From: Octopus sinensis
Lineage: Eukaryota
Length of the DNA stretch: 11,659 bases
Assembly (NCBI RefSeq): GCF_006345805.1
Contig: NW_021826866.1
Coordinates: forward strand, 1-11,659
Reading direction: 5' to 3'
In this document: positions 1 to 8,836 of the stretch, piece by piece
How positions within the stretch are numbered: the first letter of the stretch is position 1
Layout: the number at the start of each line of letters is the position of its first letter
Notes under the pieces: model-generated
Told to the model about the DNA's origin: nothing
Database searches by the model: none
What the model saw: the letters and a program-made list of their open reading frames with translations, nothing else
Made by a program: the position numbers and the translations under genes

Positions 1-420
1 AAAGTATATATATATATATATGAACTGAGCACACATTCTATACGCGTATATATGTGTAGGCTTTACGTATGTTTTTTGTTGTAAGCTGTACGTGTTATGT
101 AGATGGATGATCGGATGTAACATTTCCCAGTGTGGACTCTGATCACAGCAGCAATGAAAAATCAACAGATCTGGGAAGTGAAAATAATGTGAATTGTGGA
201 AATGGAAACGATTGCGCATGCGCTTCCCAATCTGATTTTCTTTTCTACAGCATTGTTTCTATTAACATCTTAACTCCTTTTATTTCCTTATATAAACATA
301 TTGTTTGTTTGCTTGTTTGTTTGTTTTCTTCGTTCATCCTTCGACCGGCTGGTTTTCTTTTAATTTCTTCCTTGTCTGACAGATTATCACTTCGTTACAT
401 TTTGTATGAGTGTGCGTGCT

Positions 421-475
421 TTCGTATATGTATATGTACATATATATATATGTGGTGTGTGTGTGTGTGTGTGTG

Positions 476-509
<34 letters not shown>

Positions 510-651
510 GTGTTTGTGTGTGTGTGTGTGTGTGTGTAAAAAAAATACAAACTGGGACAAGAACGCAAAACATTTAGAAGACGATACAAATAACACGGAC
601 GAAATAAATATATTCAAATTTGTATATCTATATAGATGATACCAATCGATG

Positions 652-689
<38 letters not shown>

Positions 690-698
690 CTCTCTCTG
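421..698. repeat. (TA)n/(TG)n (421-537) and (CT)n (650-698) microsatellites
   Basis: Directly visible; source of the spurious CV/TH/RE ORFs. Confidence 0.97.
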
Positions 699-1668
699 TG
701 GTCTCTGTATATATATAAATTTATATATGCGCATTTAGCACATCATTAACTATGTTTTTTTATTAATGGCTTCTATGCACAATGATACAAAATCCGGCAG
801 ACATTAACTGAAGGATCCCTCGATATATTTAAGTAGAATAAGTATATAATACATTTTTACAAAGGAAAATTTGCCAAGGATTTCGATATATCGCGTTGCA
901 TTGGTTTCTCCAGATTGTGAATCACTGCTCTGCAATCCTTCCTGAGTCTAAATGCTAATCGATTAAACCATGGATCGAGTTATACCGCCATTCTGGCCCA
1001 CCTCTACTGAAAGCACCATACTTTGCCGTCTCATTGAACCTCGTCAACAAACTTGTTTCCCTCAGTTCAATTTTTGTTTAACAAAACGTAAAATCTGTAG
1101 GACAAAATCTTTCTGTCCTTTAATCTATAATAAAAAAAAATCTACTGCGATCAAACGTGTTCGGGTTGAAAAGGCTTAGCTTAACTAAAATACAAAAATT
1201 GTTTGTGAACGAAATATTCAAACGTTTTACAAAGCCAAATACGTGAAAATATACTTCCGTTTCCTGTTTTATCGTATGGTGCATAATAAAAATACTTTCG
1301 GACTCTATACACAGGAAGTAGTTCTGTGAGTTTTTGTTATGAACCTGTAGATATTAATGCTAAACCAATTGAAGGTATTTTTCGTTGTAACATGTGAGCG
1401 GAACTAATGGTGCTAAAACAGAAGCGACTTACAGGGAGCAGTTCACATTTCCGCTCAAAACCTGTGTTTATTATGTTTTATAAATGAGCGCTGGAGTTGA
1501 AAAGTTCATCAGCCGAAATTATGGACTTTGGTTCTGCTATTTCTATCGCAACTGTACACATACATATTTGCACACACACACGTACACACACACATACAGC
1601 ACAACACGCAACGCACACACATGTATACATATAAATATATATGTATATATGTTTATTTATAAATATAT

Positions 1669-2100
1669 GCGTAGGTGTGGCTGTGTGGTATGTAGCTTGC
1701 TTACCAACCACATGGTTATGGGTTCAGTCCCACTGCGTGGCACCTTGGGCAAGTGTCTTCTGCTATAGCCTCAGGCCGACCAAAGCCTTGTGAGTGCATT
1801 TGGTAGACGGAAACTGAAAGAATCCCGTCGTATATATATGTATTTATGTATGTATGTATGTATGTATGTATGTATGTATGTATGTGTGTGTATATGTCTG
1901 TGTGTCTATGTTTGTCCCCAACATCGCTTGACAACCGATGCTGGTGTGTTTACATCTCCGTAAGGTAGCGGTTCGGCAAAATTGACCGATAGGATAAGTA
2001 CTAGGCTTACATAGTCGATTTGCTCGACTAAATGCAGTGCTCCAGCATGGCCGCAGTCAAATGACTGAAACAAGTCAAAGAGCAAAGAGTAAGAGAGAGT
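1669..2100 (+). mobile_element. tRNA-derived CORE-type SINE (octopus OR/OK-like) with internal (TATG)n expansion
   Basis: A-box-like TGGCTGTGTGG (1678-1688) and B-box GGTTCAGTCC (1721-1730). CORE-like GCACCTTGGGCAAGTGTCTT (1740-1759). Internal microsatellite ~1831-1905. 3' stem-loops TAGTCGA-tttgc-TCGACTA and CAGTC-aaat-GACTG, then an (AAGAG)-type tail. Family name is from recollection and needs Dfam/Repbase. Confidence 0.88.
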
Positions 2101-2681
2101 ATACTATATGTGTATATATATACACATGTGTGTATGTATACTTATCTGTGTGTGTGTGTGTCTGTCTGTCTATCTGTCCGTTTATATGTATCTATTTTCC
2201 TCATAAACCGCGAATTCTAGATTTTCAGTTCTGAAAGACTTTGTAATCTGAAGGACTTCTTACACCACAATACACACATCCCATACAACATCCCATCCAT
2301 CCCATATATCCCATGCAACACCAATTAAAATTATAGAATCCACACAAAGTATTTCGCATGAATGAAATGTAAATTAAATAAAAACCTGAGTGAGGAAGTA
2401 GATATCTCATCCGATTCACGCATAAATTTAATCACCATTCACACTGGTCATGCCTACAGCAAGGAGGCAGCAGCATATATCAATATTTATTTGTCCTGAA
2501 GATAAGACTATGGACGTCTAGAGGTGTTGATAATGGATTTAGGAATTTAAGTGCTCTGAGCAAACACATACGAAAATATGAAAAAGTAAGCTTAATAAAA
2601 AGAAACGGTAAAACCAAGACACAGTCGTGTTTCCAATAAATCATGTGTAAAAGAGAAGCTATCCATTATGCATGTGTATGC

Positions 2682-2683
<2 letters not shown>

Positions 2684-2729
<46 letters not shown>

Positions 2730-3304
2730 ATGTGTGTGGAGAGAGAGAGCAATAAATGTAAAGGAGGAAAGCTTCCAACAATGTAGAGATGAAAGTTGAG
2801 TAACCTTTACATGTTTCGGGTGCAAAGACCAGTCTTCAGAAGAGTACATAGAAATGTGTGTCTACGTAGACACATACATACATACATACATACGTACATA
2901 CATACATACATACATACATACATACACACACACATACATACATACATACATACATACATACATACATACATACATACAACATACATACATACATAATATA
3001 CATACGCATATATACTCTTGTCTGTTTCTTTGTACGAATGAGATTTACAGATACAAAAATTATTCAATATTTTATGAAGTAGATTGTGTTGTATTCTGTA
3101 TTTAGTGGCTTATTTATAGGCTTAACTCTGTTTCCATCCTAAAATAATCTGTTTACAACATGTAGTTTTTTGTATTCTGGATAAAATATTAATATATATA
3201 TATATATATATACTATATATATATATATAGTATATATCGCTGTTCTCAGGGCAACGTAGGGTGTGTACAAGTTCGAAATGGCATAAGAAGACTACTAAAC
3301 GATG

Positions 3305-3336
<32 letters not shown>

Positions 3337-3405
3337 CATACGTACATACACACATACATACATACATACGTACATACGTACATACATACATACACACGTA
3401 TATGT
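2684..3405. repeat. Microsatellite cluster: (TG)n 2684-2738, (TACA)n 2871-2996, (TA)n 3190-3236, (CATA)n 3308-3400
   Basis: Directly visible. Confidence 0.97.
2800..2847 (-). ncRNA. Minimal type I hammerhead ribozyme motif (Penelope-like element type), slightly degenerate
   Basis: Minus strand reads GTACTCTT-CTGAAGA-C-TGGT-ctttgc-ACCC-GAAAC-at-GTA-AAGGTTAC. CUGANGA and GAAA cores intact, GUA cleavage triplet, palindromic stem III ACAUGU, 8-bp stem I with one wobble and one mismatch. Stem II has 3 pairs plus a U-C mismatch at the closing position. Confidence 0.65.
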
Positions 3406-3549
3406 GCGAACGTACGTACATATGCGCATGCGTTCGTTCATTCATTCTACATTTAAATAAAAACATATGAGGATAAAATATGACACAAAAATGGAATTCA
3501 ACAACCTTTATGGAATGTTTACGAAAATATACACTTTTGTACATTATTA

Positions 3550-3690
3550 TAGTTGCCGTTGTTCTTGTTCTTCTTCTTGTTGTTTCTGCAGCTGTTGTTG
3601 ACGTTGCTGTTGTTGCTGTAGTTGTCCTCGTCATCGTTGTTGTTACTGCTGCTGCTGCTATTGTTGTTGTTGTTATTGTTGTTGTTGTTT
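3550..3690. repeat. Degenerate (TTG/CTG)n trinucleotide repeat
   Basis: Directly visible. Confidence 0.95.
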
Positions 3691-3701
3691 TTAAGCAACA
3701 A

Positions 3702-3878
3702 GACCGGTAAGGGTGATTAGGGGATGGTCTAGGGCTTAGGGGCGGGAGACCCCAGACCTTGGGGAAAAAAATTTGGTCGACTTGTTGTAGTCGAGGGCTC
3801 TTCGTTGATGCCCGACACCACTGGGAGGTGGCCCTCAAAGTCGCTGGAAATGGAGATCTCCAGGTCCAAATTCTTGGA
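3702..3878. other. GC-rich island with G-quadruplex-like run and several hairpins, embedded in TTG/CTG microsatellite; unidentified
   Basis: GGGtgattaGGGGatggtctaGGGcttaGGGGcGGG at 3711-3746. Hairpins TCGACT/AGTCGA, GAGGGC/GCCCTC, CTGGA/TCCAG, GTCCA/TGGAC. Confidence 0.45.
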
Positions 3879-3915
3879 CGGCTGCTGCTGCTACTGTTGT
3901 TGTTATCACCATTGA

Positions 3916-4030
3916 GGGCGTTGAGCTGGCAGAATCGTTTCCTCGGCGGGCAAAATCCATTGCGGCATTTCGTCCGTCTTTGCGTTCTGAGTTCAAATTC
4001 CGTCGACGTTGACTTTGTCTTTCATCCTTT
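3916..4030 (+). mobile_element. 3'-truncated tRNA-derived SINE (Meta/MESC-domain type), same superfamily as the 6163-6796 nest
   Basis: A-box TGGCAGAATCG (3927-3937), B-box GAGTTCAAATTCC (3989-4001), then GTTGACTTTGTCTTTCATCCTTT (start of a Meta-like domain). Colinear with the minus-strand copies at 6163-6796. Confidence 0.85.
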
Positions 4031-4530
4031 TAGCATTTCTGCAGGAATACGCCCAACTATTTGGGACGATTGGCAGTCCGATGCGCAGGCTGGACTTCAG
4101 TGCCCACCTGGAGAGCATGCGTAAAACTTGGTGCTTTTTAGTTTCAGTCAATTTGGCATCCGCGAGATTTCCAACGAGAACCATGTCAGAAATCTATAAA
4201 CATTTACTGGACACAATCCAAGATGGATTTAGGTGGTCGCTGAAGTAAAATTCATCTGTGCAACGCTGAAGACACCAAGTGGAAGAACATCGAAATCAGT
4301 ATTTTCCAGTTGCCTCGGATGAAAGTTAAATGCTTTTTCACACTTTGCACAGTATGGCTTTATTTGGCCTGGAAACGATCAATTTCTTAACGACCTCAGA
4401 TTGACCCTTAATAACAAACACCATGACTTTCGGTGCCGATCACAAGGTCTTGAAACTTCTTAGACCTTGGGGGAGAGGTGTGACATAATCTTATAGACTG
4501 AGCCTTCGTTAACGGGTCCTTAAAATATGG

Positions 4531-4929
4531 GTATGCGGGTCTTTTGAAAATACCTCACGACCATGCCCTGCAGTTAGGGGCTGCCCTTTGGCAAGGCATA
4601 TCGACCGCTCAGCCGCCAGGTCAGTGATGCGGCAAAGTTGCGGGACTGCTTCATAACTGATTGTGAAGAAGAAGCAGAAGAGCTCAACTGAGCCAAGAGG
4701 GCTTGTTACACTGATGCTGAGCAGAGAAATCCTAGAATATCAATGGTCAGGTTTACCATGCTCTATCAAGAGAGTAACTTCAATGCGTCCATAAGGGTCA
4801 CATCCAAGGTTGTGTAATCAGTTCATGAAAGATTCACTATGACTCAATCTCCCAATTCAAATCCATAATAAGGGAATTGGATGGCAAAAGAGAGTCATGG
4901 GAATTCACGAAAGCTGCGAAAAAAAAAAA
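4531..4929 (+). mobile_element. ~400-bp poly(A)-tailed retro-insertion of unknown origin inside the mariner
   Basis: Separates mariner KTW from DPLTKAQS, which are normally about 4 codons apart. Ends in A11 (4919-4929). The 5' flank is TT/AAAA (4520-4525). Possible degenerate 9-bp TSD: AAAATATGG vs AAGAAACGA. Confidence 0.65.
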
Positions 4930-5199
4930 GAAACGACCACGTTTTATCCCTTGTCAGCAAATCGGGAAAAAACTGTCTTCACTAGTTTCAAATGCTTACA
5001 GAAGACCAGAGCTGACTTCTGCCCTTCTCTCATTCAAGATGGCTGTCAACTTCCGAGGTACTCCCTTAAAACACACTTTCCGATACCCAAAGTCTTTCAT
5101 TATCTTCTGTCTTCTATAATACATCACGACCACAATTCATTTGTACGACAAGCTCACAGATTCTGACTGATCTGTCCGTGTGAATCAGTTCGTTTACTC

Positions 5200-5421
5200 C
5201 AGTAGTTCTCAACCATTATTTACTTATGGACCCCTCTGATTCCTATTCTGCTCACTCATAATGCACACTCATGACCATTCGATGTTTAAAAAATCCTGTC
5301 ATATTTTCATAATTAAATGTCATTAAGAATTGTATTCAAGAAAATTGCTAAAATATTTTGTGTAAAACCAATTTATTGCGCATAAATTTTAACAAGATCT
5401 TATGTGGACACACACACACAC

Positions 5422-5452
<31 letters not shown>

Positions 5453-5486
5453 CAAGGGTTCTATGGATCCCGGTTGAAAATCACTG
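5200..5486. mobile_element. hAT (Charlie/Buster-like) MITE, 287 bp, with internal (CA)n
   Basis: 15-bp TIRs CAGTAGTTCTCAACC / CAGTGATTTTCAACC (12/15). Perfect 8-bp TSD GTTTACTC (5192-5199 and 5487-5494) with central TA. Removing the MITE plus one TSD restores the mariner frame (DR-VNE). Confidence 0.95.
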
Positions 5487-6035
5487 GTTTACTCGATCAT
5501 AATTCGTGTCAGTGGTCGGCGTCGATGGTTTCCTATTGCATCTTTTCCCTTCTGGTTTTCCCTTTTTTAAACTTCTATATCCATCTGTGCAGAAATCCCT
5601 TGTCAAAGATGTCATCTCAGTAAACAGCCTACAGCCTTCAAGATGTCAATAATGCTACGTGGCTTCTGCTTGAAAACCCTTTGTTTGCCCGCAATGAAGA
5701 AGAATGAGGCCAAGAATTTCTGTAGAGAAAGTGTTACTGTTCCCAATACGTGCAGCTTCTACTACCTATATTAGTTAATAAAATATTATGTCATGTTAAA
5801 CCCTCCTTTGCACTACTTTCACTACATGCGCGTGTGTATGTTTGTGCGTGTGCGTGTGTGTGTGTATACGTATGTCTGTATATGAATGCATCCATGTACA
5901 TATGTAAGTATATGTAGTATATGTATATGACGATGATGGGCAGATAGAAACGGAACAACGCATAAAACTAGTAAGACAAGAAAGGGAAGAAAAGAGTTGA
6001 GACAAGACAAAAAGCAAACAAAAGGTTGCTTGTGT

Positions 6036-6066
6036 CTTGCGAAGAGGCGCTCCTCAAACTAAATAC
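6036..6066 (+). ncRNA. Highly degenerate hammerhead-like relic
   Basis: CTTGCGA-A-GAGG-cgct-CCTC-AAAC-TA-aatac. Same spacing as the 9741 motif with a perfect stem II, but the core is mutated and G12 is missing. Confidence 0.3.
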
Positions 6067-6162
6067 ACACACATATACATACGGAGCATTTGGGGCATCG
6101 AGGTTCTCGGGTTTAGTTACGAGATCCTGAGAAGGGAAAAAAGCTAAATTGACCGAAGGAAG

Positions 6163-6796
6163 AATTATAATAATATTCCTTTCTGTCATAGACACAAGGC
6201 CTAAAATTTTGGAAGAAGTGAGGAAGTCGAGACGATTATATTTAGCCGAGTGTTCAAGTGGTATCTCGAAAGGATGAGGAGCAAAGTCGACCTCGGCAGA
6301 AATTGAACTCAAGACGAAAAGACGGACGAAATACTTATATCTTTATTGCCCGCAAGGGGCTAAACACAGAGGGGACAAACAAGGACAGACAAAGAGATTA
6401 GGTCGGTTACATCGACCCCAGTGCGTAACTGGTACTTAATTTATCGACCCCGAAAGGATGAAAGGCAGAGTCGACTTCGGCGGAATTTGAACTCAGAACG
6501 TAACGACAGACGAAATACCTATTTCTTTACTACCCACAAGGGGCTAAACACAGAGAGGACAAACAAGGACAGACAAACAGATTAAGTCGATTAGATCGAC
6601 CCCAGTGCGTAACTGGTACTTAATTTATCAACCCCGAAAGGATTAAAGGCAAAGTCGACCTCGGCGGAATTTGAACTCAGAACGTAACGCTAAACATTTC
6701 GCCCGGTGTTCTAACGATTGTGCCAGCTCGCTGCCTTCGACGGACGAAATACTGTTAACCATTTTCTCCGACATGTTAACGATTCTGCCAGCTTCC
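6163..6796 (-). mobile_element. Older Meta-type tRNA SINE split by a nested insertion (5' part 6739-6796, 3' part 6163-6335)
   Basis: Rejoining the parts at the 15-bp duplication GACGGACGAAATACT (6321-6335, 6739-6753) gives a continuous head colinear with 3916-4030. The 3' end is ...GGCCTTGTGTCTATGACAGAAAGG plus a (TTA)-type tail. Confidence 0.85.
6336..6738 (-). mobile_element. Younger dimeric Meta-type SINE (headed monomer 6520-6738 plus headless monomer 6336-6519)
   Basis: Two ~184-bp near-identical units with B-box GAGTTCAAATTCC, Meta-like GTCGACTTTGCCTTT(C/A)ATCCTTTCGGGGT, and tail TTTAGCCCCTTG(T/C)GGG..AAAGA. A-box head present only on the first unit. Flanked by a 15-bp TSD. Confidence 0.9.
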
Positions 6797-6828
6797 TTGA
6801 GAACTGTACACATGATTCAAAGACTGAG

Positions 6829-6885
<57 letters not shown>

Positions 6886-7039
6886 GATAGATAGATAGAT
6901 AGATAGATAGATTGAATAGATAGATAGATAGATAGATAGAAATAGATGATAGATAGATAGATAGATTTAGATAGATATAGATAGAATAGATAGATAGATA
7001 GATAGATAGATGATAGATAGATAGATAGATAGATAGATT

Positions 7040-7095
<56 letters not shown>

Positions 7096-7097
7096 AG
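6829..7097. repeat. (TAGA)n tetranucleotide array, ~270 bp
   Basis: Directly visible, with occasional interruptions. Confidence 0.98.
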
Positions 7098-7419
7098 ATA
7101 TATATACACAGCACACCAATGGCAAACTGCTGGTAACAACAACTAACAAACCTCTGAGTCTTTATGGTTCATCCCAAAATTCATGGGTGCTCTGATTTTA
7201 TCTGGGTGGCGGTTTACCACCCCTATTTGGGTGAGTCTCCCTTTCTTTTATGGTGTACCAAGTTTTTAACCTATCTTAATATACGTAAACTATGATATTA
7301 CCACACCCTCCGTTAATATGTTTTTGTGAATAAATGTATGCGTGTGTGCGTGCATATAGATAGATAGATAGATAAACATACATACACACACATCTTCTCC
7401 TAACTGCATAGACACAAAT

Positions 7420-7875
7420 ACACGCACACACACACACATATTATATATATATATATATATATAATACACATATATATATATATATTATATAGATATATTT
7501 TTTATTCTATATATATTTATATTATATAGATATATATATACTATATATGACGATTATATATATATATATATATATATATTAATATATATATATATATATA
7601 GATCATATATATATATATATATTATAAGTGTATATTGTATATATATATATTATATATATATATATATTATATTATATATATATAGAAATAGATATATATT
7701 ATCCCCACATGTTTCGTAACCCACCTTTTGATTAGGGCCTGAGCCCTAATAGGCAATAAAGAGAAGCTGTTGTTGTTTTTGTTGTTATTATTATTATCAT
7801 AATCATCATCACCATCATCATCATAATCATCACCAACATCACCATCATTATCATCATCATCATCATTATTATTAT
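7420..7875. repeat. (TA)n 7420-7700 and (TTG)/(TTA)/(ATC)n 7766-7875
   Basis: Directly visible. Confidence 0.95.
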
Positions 7876-7881
7876 ATTCAG

Positions 7882-7969
7882 ATGTGACAGCAATTTTGCA
7901 GCTGAAACCACTTTTGGCGTGGGAACAAGCTTTAGAGAGAACTTTGTCCCAGGAATACTTTGGACGAAG
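7882..7969 (+). CDS. Candidate internal exon (unidentified protein)
   Basis: Complex sequence between microsatellites. Acceptor TTCAG at 7877-7881, donor AAG|GTGGGG at 7970 (alternative GTG|GTGAGG at 8008). Two open frames: CDSNFAAETTFGVGTSFRENFVPGILWTK or VTAILQLKPLLAWEQALERTLSQEYFGR. No protein recognised. Confidence 0.3.
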
Positions 7970-8055
7970 GTGGGGGGTGGGAGGAGGAGAGGGGGCTTGG
8001 CAAAGTGGTGAGGGCAGAAAAGAATTCCTTTTTATACACATTTGAAATTCTTCAG

Positions 8056-8130
8056 ATATCTTTGAATTTTTAGGTAGGATCAACATCGCTTTTCCTCCTT
8101 GGAGCTGTTGTGGTTGGATAGAACAATTAC
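8056..8130 (+). CDS. Candidate 75-nt symmetric (phase 1-1) exon, (D)IFEFLGRINIAFPPWSCCGWIEQL
   Basis: Acceptor TTCTTCAG (8048-8055), consensus donor AC|GTAAGT at 8131, length a multiple of 3, one frame open. No homolog recognised. Confidence 0.38.
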
Positions 8131-8162
8131 GTAAGTGTCTGTGTGTGTGTATATGAGCACGC

Positions 8163-8203
<41 letters not shown>

Positions 8204-8442
8204 TGTTTTGTTATAAACATATTGTTTCTGTGTGCCTGATACAACAACTATTTCATAACTTGGAATGTGTCGACAAGAATATATACATATGTCCCAAAAA
8301 TATAAGCACACACTCACATAAATATGTGTGCATGCAAACAAATATTTATGTGTATGCTTGTATATGCGTGATTGTGCGTTTGTGTGTATACGTATATATA
8401 CATATATATATAATATATATATATATATTATATATATATATA

Positions 8443-8576
8443 ATATTAATCAAAATAAAAACTTGACGCCAAGGATTCAGCGGTACACATTATGCATTGT
8501 TATAAATCCGTCTATAAAGGCCCGAAACATATGTACCGCTGAATCCTTGGCATCATATTTTTATTTTGATTAATAT
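8443..8576. repeat. 48-bp inverted repeat (44/48) with 38-nt spacer; MITE or inverted Penelope-type terminal repeat
   Basis: Left arm 8443-8490, right arm 8529-8576, perfect core GCCAAGGATTCAGCGGTACA. The spacer ends in CCC-GAAAC-atat-GTA, a hammerhead 3' half with palindromic ACATATGT. Confidence 0.85.
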
Positions 8577-8836
8577 ACTCTACCACCTACACCACCAAAT
8601 GGTATATACAGGTGCTTACAATTATCAAGTATTCACCCTGAATTTTTCAGCTCATAAGCTGAAACTAGAATCAATCAATCAATCAATCAGATATATATAT
8701 AATATATATATATATATAATATATATATATATTATATAATATAATATATCAAGGTTATAAGAATATTAGAAATTTCTACTCAGTGGCCTAGAGTGTAAAA
8801 CGTTTGCCAATAGATCATATATTATTCATATAACTG

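Larger units (their letters stand above)
4060..5760 (-). mobile_element. Degraded mariner (DD34D, irritans-like) transposase pseudogene, interrupted twice
   Basis: Manual minus-strand translation, across stops and frameshifts, gives ordered mariner motifs: AVY*DDIFDKGFLHRWI*KFKKG (from 5628), PSTPTTDTNYDR|VNELIHTDRSVRICEL (5528 across the MITE), GYRKVC (5071-5088), GVPRKLT (5044-5064; WVPxxLT), TRDKTW (4937-4954; TGDETW), DPLTKAQS (4495-4518), SAPKVM (4422-4439; SAGKVM), SRPNKA (4356-4373; DNARPH-like). TIRs not found, so ends are approximate. Confidence 0.9.

Noticed and set aside
109-260. Possible exon on either strand (VDSDHSSNEKSTD... plus; acceptor TTCACTTCCCAG minus)
   Set aside because: No convincing donor and no recognisable protein.
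1392-1457. lacO-like GTGAGCGGA and 9-bp inverted repeat TGAGCGGAA/TTCCGCTCA
   Set aside because: Partial match only, no vector context, too short to define an element.
750-1550. Old transposase remnant
   Set aside because: Partial translation of ~900-1100 gave no DDE or RT motif; the rest showed nothing recognisable on inspection.
2045-2085. CAGTC-aaat-GACT-GAAAC-aa-GTC as a hammerhead
   Set aside because: No CUGANGA upstream; better explained as the SINE's LINE-derived 3' stem-loop.
2277-2320. Degenerate (CATCC)n repeat
   Set aside because: Ordinary low-complexity decay.
4531-4929. HDV-like ribozyme or SECIS element in the poly(A) insertion
   Set aside because: P1/P3/P1.1 topology and the SECIS AUGA/GA core spacing could not be satisfied by hand.
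6321-6760. Repeated GACGAAA(T)AC as a hammerhead core, or repeats as a CRISPR-like array
   Set aside because: No CUGANGA partner. These are antisense SINE heads and TSDs, and the intervening units are near-identical rather than unique spacers.
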